In this document: positions 1 through 8,152 of the stretch, one piece after another
Layout: every line of letters begins with the position of its first letter
Position numbering within the stretch: position 1 is the first letter of the stretch
Source of the DNA: Thermoanaerobaculia bacterium
Lineage (GTDB): Bacteria > Acidobacteriota > Thermoanaerobaculia > Multivoradales > UBA5704
Reading direction: 5' to 3'
NCBI GenBank assembly: GCA_044226625.1
Contig: JBGAGQ010000017.1
Coordinates: 34,316-98,315 of the forward strand
DNA length: 64,000 nucleotides
Translations under genes and position numbers: made by a program
Notes under the pieces: generated by a model
Database searches by the model: none
Told to the model about the DNA's origin: nothing
The model's input: the letters and a program-made list of their open reading frames with translations, nothing else

Positions 1-125
1 GGGCCGACCTCGTGGTGTGGGGACGAGATCCCATGGAGGTCCCCGAGCGCGAGATCCCCGCGGCCGAGATCGATTTCACCTACGTCGACGGCGCGGCGGT
101 CTACGCCCGCCCGGGAGCGAAGTGA
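1..125 (+). CDS. C-terminal fragment of an amidohydrolase-family (YtcJ-like) protein, truncated by the window start
   Basis: Frame 3 reads ADLVVWGRDPMEVPEREIPAAEIDFTYVDGAAVYARPGAK*, matching the ADLVV...T.VDG..VY end of amidohydrolases; its TGA overlaps the GTG of the next gene (GTGA). Confidence 0.65.
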   Translation, partial: ADLVVWGRDPMEVPEREIPAAEIDFTYVDGAAVYARPGAK

Positions 126-856
126 AGCCTTCGAAGCATCTAAGACTGGTTTTCGGGCTGGCGCTCGCGGCGGCGGCGGGCGGAGCGCGCGGTGACGAGC
201 CGTCGCTCCTGCGCCACCAGATGGTCGAGCAGCAGATCCGCCAGCGCGGGATCACGGACAAGCCCGTGCTCTCGGCGATGGACCACGTGCCGCGCCATCT
301 GTTCGTCCCGGGTGCGGTGCCCTCCGACGCCTACGCCGACAAGCCGCTGCCGTTCGGGCCGAAGGGCAAATGGGGGACGATCTACCAGCCGTACGTGGTG
401 GCGTTGATGACCGATCTGCTCGAGCTCACGCCGAAAGACAAGGTGCTGGAGATCGGCACCGGCTCGGGGTATCACGCGGCGATCCTGTCGCGCCTCGCTC
501 GTGAGGTCTATTCGGTCGAGATCTCGCAGGCCGTGGCCGACCAAGCGGCCCATCGCCTGGTGTTGTTGGGTTTCAACAACGTGGCGGTGCGAGTGGGAGA
601 CGGTTATCAGGGTTGGCCGGAGAAAGGTCCGTTCGACGCGATCCTGCTCTCGGCGGCACCACCGGACGAGATTCCGAAACCGCTGCTCGCCCAGCTGAAA
701 AATGGAGGCCGTTTGGTAGCGCCCGTCGGGGACTTCTTCCAGGACCTCCAACTGATCACCAAGCGCCAGGACGGCACGATCGAGAAGCGAACGGTGAGCC
801 CGGTGAGTCTGGCGCCGATGACTGGCAAGGTTCGCGACGGGCAGAACCGGAAATAG
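122..856 (+). CDS. pcm: Protein-L-isoaspartate(D-aspartate) O-methyltransferase
   Basis: VPRHLFVP, TIYQPYVVALM, SAM motif VLEIGTGSGY, GDGYQGWPEKGPFDAI, QLKNGGRLVAPVG. Start placed at GTG 122 (GGGAG upstream, overlap with the preceding stop). Confidence 0.92.
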   Translation: MKPSKHLRLVFGLALAAAAGGARGDEPSLLRHQMVEQQIRQRGITDKPVLSAMDHVPRHLFVPGAVPSDAYADKPLPFGPKGKWGTIYQPYVVALMTDLLELTPKDKVLEIGTGSGYHAAILSRLAREVYSVEISQAVADQAAHRLVLLGFNNVAVRVGDGYQGWPEKGPFDAILLSAAPPDEIPKPLLAQLKNGGRLVAPVGDFFQDLQLITKRQDGTIEKRTVSPVSLAPMTGKVRDGQNRK

Positions 857-969
857 CCCTCGCTTCGAACATTGAGTCCGCGTGAGCGCGCGGGGCGAAG
901 ACTTCGACGCCTTTCGGTGCGCAGAGGGTGTCGCGTACCCGGCGGAATTCCCTCGTATACTCCCACGCC

Positions 970-1995
970 ATGTCCATTACCTTTGGAATCTTCTTCGGTT
1001 TCGTGACCTGGTTCATCGTCCGCTACCTGCTCGCCGGCCTGTACACGGTCGACCAGAACGAGCGGGCGGTCAAAACCGTGCTCGGGCGCGCCCAGCGGTT
1101 GCCCGGACAGTCGACGTTGCAGGACCCGATCGCGCAGGCCCTGCGGCCCGACGAACGCGATCGCTACAACTACCCGCAGGTGCGCGTGATCCCGCCGGGC
1201 GGCCCCTATTTCCGCTGGCCCTGGGAGCGCGTGCACAAGATCTCGGTCGCGACCAACACGCTCAACATGGCGTTCGATCCCGAAACGCCGAGCGCGAACT
1301 CCGGCGGCAAGCTGCTCGAGGCGGTCACGAAGGACCAGCTCAACACGGGGCTCACCGGGCAGATCCGGTATCGGGTCTCCGAGCGGAATCTCTACGCCTA
1401 TCTGTTCGGGGTGAAGAACCCGATCGCCCACGTGATGGGATATTTCGTCTCGATCCTGCGGGAGCGCATCTCGAATTTCGAGGCGCCGCATCCGTCGGGG
1501 CCGGTCGATCTGGAGAATCCGGTGAGCCCGCCGGTCCAGCTCGAGAGCCAACCTCCCGAGGCGACCGTCGTTTCCGGCATCTCGATCAACGACCTGCGCA
1601 AGAACCTTCGCGATCTGAACGATCACATGGACCGGGAGTGCCGCTCGTCCGCCGCTCGCTACGGCATCACCCTCGACGCCTCCTTGATCACCGAGATCGA
1701 TCCGCCAGCGGAGGTCGAATCCGCGCTGGCCGCGATCAACACCGCGCACAACCACGTCTCCTCGGACATCAGCCTGGCGCACGCGGCGGCGGACCAGAAG
1801 ATCGTCCAGTCCAAGCGCGCGGTCGAGATCGAAACGCTCAAGGCGGAGGGTGAGGTCGAGCCGCTGGTGCGGCTCGCCGAGCAGCTCTCCGATTTGAAGA
1901 GGCAGGGACCGCATGCCCTCTCGGCGTACCTGAGGAACGTGCGGCTCGGCCTGTTCGGCAAGGCGCAGGACGCCTTCGTGGAGGTGAAGCGATGA
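970..1995 (+). CDS. SPFH (band 7/prohibitin) domain membrane protein
   Basis: N-terminal hydrophobic helix, YTVDQNERAVKTVLG, PGGPYFRWPWERV, AVTKDQ, ITEIDPPAEVESAL and an Ala/Glu-rich coiled-coil tail; ATG at 970. Confidence 0.8.
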   Translation: MSITFGIFFGFVTWFIVRYLLAGLYTVDQNERAVKTVLGRAQRLPGQSTLQDPIAQALRPDERDRYNYPQVRVIPPGGPYFRWPWERVHKISVATNTLNMAFDPETPSANSGGKLLEAVTKDQLNTGLTGQIRYRVSERNLYAYLFGVKNPIAHVMGYFVSILRERISNFEAPHPSGPVDLENPVSPPVQLESQPPEATVVSGISINDLRKNLRDLNDHMDRECRSSAARYGITLDASLITEIDPPAEVESALAAINTAHNHVSSDISLAHAAADQKIVQSKRAVEIETLKAEGEVEPLVRLAEQLSDLKRQGPHALSAYLRNVRLGLFGKAQDAFVEVKR

Positions 1996-2885
1996 GCTTC
2001 CTGATCGCTGCGTTCGTCACGTTCCTCGTGATGATGTTCCTGGTGCCGTTTCTCCTCTGGGTGGTGCGCGTCCTCGGCCTTTACGCGATCGTCTACGAGC
2101 GGACCTGCCGCGTCTACGTGTTGTTCGGCAAGGTGATCGGTGTCCTCGACGAGCCGGGCCTCCACATCCTGCTGTTCAAGCTCGGACCGGCGGCGTTCCT
2201 GGTCAACTGGCTGGGCAAGTGCCACGTGCTCGACATGCGCCTCGATCAGGAATACTTGCGAAGCCAGCCGGTCAACTCCGAGGAAGGCGCGCCGATGGGG
2301 ATCGGCGTCTGGTACGAGATGTACATCTCGGATCCGGTCGCCTTCCTGTTCAAGAACACCGATCCCCGCGGCTCGCTGCGCGCCAACGTCAGCAACGCGA
2401 CGGTCCGTTGCCTGTCGAACATGAAACTCGCCGACATGCTGGAGACGCGCCATCAGATGAGCGCCACGGTGCGCGCCGAGGTGTCGGAGAAGTCGCACGA
2501 GTGGGGGTACAAGCTCGGCTCGGTCTACGTCCGCAAGGTCCACTTCCGCGACGGCGGCATGATCCGGCAGATCGAAGAAAAGGTGGTCAACCGTCTGCGC
2601 CAGGTCACCTCGGCGATCAAGCAGGACGGCGCTAATCAAGTGAGCATCATCACCAGCACCGCCGAGCGCCAGGCGGCGATCGAGTTCGCCAAGGCGAGCG
2701 CGATGCGACCGCAGATCGTCGGCGCCGCCTTGAACCAGATCTCGAAGGATCCGGAGATCGAGGCCGCCCTCTTCGAGATCCTCGAAAATCAGCGCTTGGT
2801 CGAGGGGAACGCGCGCGTCACCCTGATGCCCGAGGGAGGCGAGCTGCTCACGAACCTGCTCGCGGGCGGAGCGAAGCGCCTCTGA
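1992..2885 (+). CDS. Second SPFH domain membrane protein
   Basis: TM helix, VLFGKVIGVLDEPGLH, WGYKLGSVYVRKV, coiled-coil C-terminus; ATGA overlap with the previous SPFH gene. Confidence 0.8.
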   Translation: MSFLIAAFVTFLVMMFLVPFLLWVVRVLGLYAIVYERTCRVYVLFGKVIGVLDEPGLHILLFKLGPAAFLVNWLGKCHVLDMRLDQEYLRSQPVNSEEGAPMGIGVWYEMYISDPVAFLFKNTDPRGSLRANVSNATVRCLSNMKLADMLETRHQMSATVRAEVSEKSHEWGYKLGSVYVRKVHFRDGGMIRQIEEKVVNRLRQVTSAIKQDGANQVSIITSTAERQAAIEFAKASAMRPQIVGAALNQISKDPEIEAALFEILENQRLVEGNARVTLMPEGGELLTNLLAGGAKRL

Positions 2886-2897
2886 TCCGAGCCGAGA

Positions 2898-2931
2898 GAG
2901 GGGCGCCGGTCTCGAACGGTCGGCGCCCCTC
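2898..2931. repeat. GC-rich hairpin between SPFH2 and the AAA gene (no U-tract)
   Basis: gaggggcgccg(2898-2908)...cggcgcccctc(2921-2931) is a perfect 11-bp inverted repeat. Confidence 0.55.
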
Positions 2932-2966
2932 GAAGCCTTCCCGCCTCCGAGGCTCCTTTCCTTTCG

Positions 2967-4037
2967 ATGAACGCCGCCAAGACCGTCACGCCGTCGCAGT
3001 TGATGGACTTCCTGCTCAACGTGGCGGTCGTCCGTCCGGTCTTCATTTGGGGGCCGCCGGGGATTGGCAAATCGAGCCTGGTCGCTCGGTTCGCCGAGCA
3101 GCTGGGCCTGCACTGCGTTTCCCTCCTCGGCAGCCAGCTCGCGCCGGAGGACCTGATCGGCGTGCCGCAGGTGACCGACGGCGTGAGCCGCTTCTGCCCC
3201 CCGGCCGAAATCGCGCGGAACGAGCCGTACTGCCTCTTCCTCGACGAGCTAAACGCCTGCTCGCACGAGGTTCAGAAGGCGTTCTACAGCTTGATCCACG
3301 AGCGCCGGATCGGCGAGTACCGCCTGCCCGAAGGGTCGATCGTGATCGGCGCCGGGAACCGGGCCCAGGACAGCGCGATCGTCAAACCGATGTCATCGGC
3401 GCTGCTGAATCGGATGGTTCACGTCCACCTGACCGTTTCGCACCGCGACTGGATGGCCTGGGCGCACACGAGCGACGTCCACCCGTTGGTGATCGAATAC
3501 CTCGAGCTTCGTCCCGATCAGCTCTGGAGCGCGCCGCCTAAACACGAGGAGCCGTTTTCGACCCCGCGTTCTTGGCACATGTTGAGCGACGCGCTTCATC
3601 AGTTCGGGGCGGGCATCCGCGACGAGGAGATCGAAGCGCTCGCTTACGGTTGTCTTTCACCGCAGCACGCGACGCAGCTCAAGGCGTTCGCCAAGCAGAA
3701 GCGAAGCCGTTTCGCGCTCCATGCCATCTTGAAAGGCGATTCCGGGTGGCCGCACGATCCGGCGGACCGCGATGTCCTCTACTTCCTCTCGCAGTCGTTT
3801 CGGACGCATCTGCAGCGCGAGCTGCCGCAAGATCCGCAGGGACTTCAGCCGCAGCACAAACAGCTTGCCCATCGCGGCAAGGCACTGCTCAAGGAGCTGG
3901 CCGCGATCAGCCTGGAGATGGCGCAGTTGGTCGTGGCGGAGGAGGGTGGCGACGCCGCGGCGGGGAACCTGCCGAGCTGGTTCCTGGTCGAGGTCGTTCG
4001 CGACCTGCCGCGCTTGGTCGAGAAACGTGCCCCGTAA
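2967..4037 (+). CDS. MoxR-like/AAA_5 family ATPase
   Basis: Walker A WGPPGIGKS, Walker B LFLDELN, sensor GAGN, arginine finger ALLNR, and a TPRSW motif. Confidence 0.88.
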   Translation: MNAAKTVTPSQLMDFLLNVAVVRPVFIWGPPGIGKSSLVARFAEQLGLHCVSLLGSQLAPEDLIGVPQVTDGVSRFCPPAEIARNEPYCLFLDELNACSHEVQKAFYSLIHERRIGEYRLPEGSIVIGAGNRAQDSAIVKPMSSALLNRMVHVHLTVSHRDWMAWAHTSDVHPLVIEYLELRPDQLWSAPPKHEEPFSTPRSWHMLSDALHQFGAGIRDEEIEALAYGCLSPQHATQLKAFAKQKRSRFALHAILKGDSGWPHDPADRDVLYFLSQSFRTHLQRELPQDPQGLQPQHKQLAHRGKALLKELAAISLEMAQLVVAEEGGDAAAGNLPSWFLVEVVRDLPRLVEKRAP

Positions 4038-5847
4038 ACCGGAAAAGCGGCGCGAGGACCCGGCCGATCAGGCGTATCGGGAGGGGACCGACGCGATCCG
4101 CAATCATCCGCTGTTCCTGCCGCTCACCTTTCGCACGGACTTCTACCGCAACGTCCACCAAAACCTCTGCCCGCCGGGTGGTTGGGCGGTCGCCAACGTG
4201 CGGGGCCTCGTCTACTGCCACCCCAAGCGGCGGGCGAGCCCGGAGGAGTGGACCTGGGTGATCGGACACTGCCTGCTCCACTATGGATTCGGGCATTTTC
4301 AGACTCGAGCCCGTCCCGACCTTTGGAACGTTGCCTGCGACTTCTTCATCGACCGCTTTCTCGCCGATTTGAAGCTGGGCCGGCGCCCCGCGGAGATCCC
4401 CGAGCTGAAGCTTCCACCCGGGGCGCCCGCGACCTCGGAAAACGCGCTGTACGACTGGCTGTTCGAAAACGGCGTTCCCGTGGAGCTTCGCGGCGGCGGG
4501 ACCGCCGGACCGGGAGCGTTGGACCTTTCGTTCGAGGTGGACCGATGGCGGGGCAAGCTCACGCCATACGGCAAAGAGTGGAGGGACGCGCTGGGCGCGG
4601 GGCTGCGCAACGCCGTCGCAGCGGCGGTCGACGTCGCGGGAGGTAAAGCGGCGAGCCTCACCGGGGCTACGGGGCCGACCACTCCTGCCCAACGCGGAAG
4701 GTCTTGGTTCATGACCCGCTATCCGCTGCTGGGAGCGCTCGCGGCCTCGTTCCGGCTGATCGAAGACGGCGAGGTCTGCCGCCGCCTGGACGTCCACGTG
4801 GCGGCGGTCGACGCCGAGGCGCGCGAGCTCTACGTCAACCCGCAGATCGGCATGGACGACGGCGAGGCTCGCTTCGTGATGGCTCACGAGCTGCTGCACG
4901 TTGGCCTCCGCCATCAGGCTCGCTGCCAGGGGCGCGATCCGTTCCTCTGGAACGTCGCGTGCGACTACGTCATCAATGCCTGGTTGGTGGAGATGGACGT
5001 GGGACGGCCGCCGGCTTTCGGAGTGCTGCTCGATCCGGAGCTGAAGGGGCTTTCGGCGGAAGCGATCTACGACCGGATCGTCGGCGACCTCCGCCGGTTT
5101 CGGAAGATTTCGACCTTGCGCGGTGTGGGCGTCGGCGACATCCTTCCGGGCAGAAACCCGCGCTGGTGGCAGGTAGGGGAGGGGGTGGCGCTCGATGAGC
5201 TCTACCGCAACTGCCTGACCCAGGGGCTGCTCTGGCACCGCGACCAATGTCGCGGTCTCCTCCCCGCCGGCCTGATCGAAGAGATCGAGGCGCTCGCGCA
5301 GCCGGTGATTCCGTGGGACGTGCAGCTTGCGCAGTGGTTCGATCACCGGTTCCCGCCCAAGGAGAAACGGCGCACCTATGCCCGTCCGAGCCGGCGCCAG
5401 ATGGCGACTCCCGATCTGCCGCGACCTCGCTTGGCGCCCCTCGACGACGGCTCGATCCGCACCTTCGCGGTGGTCCTCGATACCTCCGGAAGCATGGATC
5501 GGAAGCTCCTGGCCAAGGCGCTCGGCGTGATCGCGAGCTATGCCGCCTCGCACGAGGTCGACGCCGTGCGGCTCGTGTTCTGCGACGCCGCCGCGTACGA
5601 CGAGGGCTACGTCCGTGCGGAGGACATCGCGGGCCGGGTGCGGGTCAAGGGCCGCGGCGGCACCGTCCTCATGCCCGGTATCGAGCTCCTCGAGAAGGCC
5701 CCGGATTTTCCGCGAAGCGGGCCGATCCTGTTGATCACCGACGGTTTCTGCGACGACCTCACGATTCGCCGTGACCACGCCTATCTCGTGCCGGCGGGGA
5801 ACTCTCTGCCCTTCTCTCCACGAGGTCCGGTGTTCGGGATTTCGTGA
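4027..5847 (+). CDS. DUF2201-type putative metallopeptidase plus vWA-like domain protein
   Basis: HEXXH (AHELLH) followed by WNVACDY, plus a C-terminal MIDAS DTSGS, GRGGT and ITDG. GTG start overlaps the AAA gene end. Confidence 0.82.
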   Translation: MPRKPEKRREDPADQAYREGTDAIRNHPLFLPLTFRTDFYRNVHQNLCPPGGWAVANVRGLVYCHPKRRASPEEWTWVIGHCLLHYGFGHFQTRARPDLWNVACDFFIDRFLADLKLGRRPAEIPELKLPPGAPATSENALYDWLFENGVPVELRGGGTAGPGALDLSFEVDRWRGKLTPYGKEWRDALGAGLRNAVAAAVDVAGGKAASLTGATGPTTPAQRGRSWFMTRYPLLGALAASFRLIEDGEVCRRLDVHVAAVDAEARELYVNPQIGMDDGEARFVMAHELLHVGLRHQARCQGRDPFLWNVACDYVINAWLVEMDVGRPPAFGVLLDPELKGLSAEAIYDRIVGDLRRFRKISTLRGVGVGDILPGRNPRWWQVGEGVALDELYRNCLTQGLLWHRDQCRGLLPAGLIEEIEALAQPVIPWDVQLAQWFDHRFPPKEKRRTYARPSRRQMATPDLPRPRLAPLDDGSIRTFAVVLDTSGSMDRKLLAKALGVIASYAASHEVDAVRLVFCDAAAYDEGYVRAEDIAGRVRVKGRGGTVLMPGIELLEKAPDFPRSGPILLITDGFCDDLTIRRDHAYLVPAGNSLPFSPRGPVFGIS

Positions 5848-5855
5848 GGAAAGGC

Positions 5856-5888
5856 GAGCCGCCTCCCGCGCTCGACGGGAGGCGACTC
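5856..5888. terminator. Probable bidirectional terminator hairpin between convergent genes
   Basis: gag-c-cgcctcccg / cgggaggcg-a-ctc stem lying between the stop codons at 5847 and 5908. Confidence 0.5.
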
Positions 5889-5907
5889 GAGGAATCGATC
5901 GCCTCGG

Positions 5908-6219
5908 TCAGACCGTGATCGGAACCGCCACGGTCCAGTTCGCCCCGACCGCCGTGCTCGCCGGCGCGGTGTAGGTTTTGGGTACGCCGCCCGTGGTGAG
6001 GGTCACTTTGAACGCCTGCGGGCCGCCCCAGTTGATCCCCACCATGATGAGGGTGTAAGCACCCGGCGCCAGGATGGCCTGCGGACGGACCGTGTAGCTC
6101 ACGGGGTCGTTGTAGCCCGATTTGATGTGGCAAATCTCCGAGCTTCCGGCGGGAGTGGAGGCCAGGATGTAGAGCTCGTTGTCCGTGGCGCTGACTTCGA
6201 TCTTCGTGGTCTGGGACAT
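5908..6219 (-). CDS. Small hypothetical protein (103 aa, beta-strand rich)
   Basis: ATG start, GC-typical codon usage, protein-like composition (ATDNELYILA, MVGINWGG); fills the gap between two genes; no family recognised. Confidence 0.65.
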   Translation of the reverse strand: MSQTTKIEVSATDNELYILASTPAGSSEICHIKSGYNDPVSYTVRPQAILAPGAYTLIMVGINWGGPQAFKVTLTTGGVPKTYTAPASTAVGANWTVAVPITV

Positions 6220-6382
6220 GACGCGATCTCCGGTGCCCGTCCGTCGAGAATCATTTCTCGCCGGCTGACGGGGAAGATCCGGTCAGGCGTCCGATGGGTT
6301 AGTGCATTCCAAAGTCGAAAAGCCGCGCCGTCGTCGATCCTTCGGCTCCGGTCCGTGTCAAGATCGCTCCCGGAGGAGCACC

Positions 6383-7045
6383 ATGAAACCATCCACCAAG
6401 AAGGCGATTCGCTGGACGGCGATCGGTCTGGGCCTGGTCGTCGTCGCGGGCGTCACCTGGGCCTTGGTCACGATCGGACCGAGCAACGTCTGGGGAATGC
6501 TGCGCTACGACACGCGGAAAGAGGGGAAGCTTCAGGTCGGGGACTCGGCGCCCGATGTGGCGCTCCTCGCGCTCGACGGGAAGACGCGCGTCCACCTGCG
6601 CGAACGGGTGGGTGAACGGCCGCTCATCGTCATCTTCGGCAGCTACACCTGACCGCCTTTCCGGCGCTCGGTCGAGCGCCTCATCGATCTCCACCGCCGC
6701 TACGGCGACAAGGCCACGTTCGTCGCGGTCTACATCCGCGAAGCGCATCCGACCGACGAGTGGCAGATGGAAAGCAACGAAAAGGAAGACGTCTGCTATC
6801 CGCAGCCAAAGAGCACCGCGGCGCGGGTGGCGATTGCGAACGATTTCGTCCGCCGCTTCCACTTTCCAATCCCGCTTTTGGTCGACCCGATCGAGAATCC
6901 GGCAGACAAGGTCTACGCCGGTTGGCCCGAGCGCTTCTATGTGATCGACGAGCAAGGGACGATCGTCTACAAGGGAAAGACCGGCCCGTTCGGATTCCAC
7001 CCCGAAGAAGTCGACGCCTGGCTCGCGAAGCGGTTCGCGAGCTGA
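6383..7045 (+). CDS. Iodothyronine-deiodinase-like thioredoxin-fold selenoprotein (Sec at TGA 6650-6652), N-terminal membrane anchor
   Basis: ORFs 6302-6652 and 6767-7045 are in one frame across a single TGA, giving FGSYT-U-PPF, YIREAHPTDEW, LVD..EN...YAGWPERFYVI and YKGKTGPFGF, all deiodinase hallmarks. SD GGAGGA precedes ATG 6383. Confidence 0.88.
6663..6680 (+). promoter_or_regulatory. Candidate bacterial SECIS element
   Basis: ggcgctc-ggtc-gagcgcc perfect hairpin with a G/U-containing loop, starting 10 nt after the UGA. Confidence 0.7.
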
Positions 7046-7173
7046 AAACGTGGGAACTCCCGAGCCTTCGCCGAAGGACAGACGGACTGCGTCGGGCCTC
7101 GTTCCGGCTCGCCGATCTAGAATGAGCCAGGATCATCGCGGTTCGTTCCCCTTCGACCGAGGAGCCCTTCTTC

Positions 7174-8058
7174 ATGAGCGTCGACAGCTTCCGCTTTGCC
7201 TCGCCGTTGATCAAGCGGTACTACCAGATGAGCCGGGTGACGAGGGAGCTGCCGATTCCTTTCACACGGCCGAGAAAGCCCATCTCTGAAAGTCGGATCT
7301 CGCTCGTCACGACGGGGGGCCTCTACCGCCGTGGCCATGACGAGCCGTTCGATCAAGACCGCGAGCGGCGCGAGCCGGCGTGGGGCGATCCGAGCTACCG
7401 CGCGATCCCGACCGACGTCGACTTGGCGGAGCTCGCGGTGGGCCATCTCCACATCAACCCGGACGACCCCTCCGCCGATCCGAACATCCTCCTTCCGATC
7501 GACCGGATCAAGGAGCTCGTTGCGGACGGCAAAGTCGGCAGCCTCGGCGCCCGCGCCTACTCATTCATGGGATACCAGGGCTTTCCCGCCGATCCTTCCG
7601 GTTGGAAGAAGATCTATGGACCGGAGGTGCTCGCGGCGCTCCAGGCCGATCGCGTGGACGCCCTCCTGCTCACCTCGGCCTGACTGGAGTGCGCGGCCAA
7701 CGTGCCCGTGTTGGCACGTCTGTTCGAAGGCGGGGGGATCGCCACGGTCGTCGTGACCAACATGCCCTTCTGGGCCGAACGGGTCGGAACCCCGCGAACG
7801 CTCGCCGTCGAGTTTCCTTTCGGTCACCCGCTCGGCGGCACGCACGATCGAGAGATGCAGCGGCGGGTGATCCTGGCGGCGCTCGAGCTCATCGAGCGAG
7901 CGAGCGCGCCGGGGGAGATCGAAGAGTTTCCGGAGAAGTGGGGCGGCTCGGTCGCCGAAGGGCGACGGATCTCCGAGCCGCGAATCCCCGCGCCGATCAC
8001 CGCCCAGATGGGGCGCCACATCGGCGCGTTCCTGCGCGGCATGCGGCGTTCGGCCTGA
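7174..8058 (+). CDS. Glycine/sarcosine/betaine/proline reductase selenoprotein B-like (GrdB/PrdB family) protein, Sec at TGA 7681-7683
   Basis: ORFs 7174-7683 and 7702-8058 are in one frame across one TGA: ISLVTTGGLY, GDPSYRAIP, DPNILLPIDR, SFMGY, VDALLLTSA-U-LEC, PRTLAVEFPFGHPLG. Confidence 0.85.
7696..7719 (+). promoter_or_regulatory. Candidate bacterial SECIS element
   Basis: Two alternative stems just downstream of the UGA: acgtgcc-cgtgtt-ggcacgt (7700-7719) or gccaac...gttggc (7696-7715). Confidence 0.55.
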
Positions 8059-8152
8059 AGCGCGGCTTCGACTTCTCGCGGACGTTCGAGGCATCGATTG
8101 CGTATATCTCGGTACATTCGGGTTTTCCTGAGACTCCTTCCGGGGTGAGACG

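Noticed and set aside
6650-7683. Two pseudogenes with premature stops
   Set aside because: Both TGAs fall at the Sec position of known selenoprotein families, have downstream hairpins and intact downstream frames; recoding is the simpler explanation.
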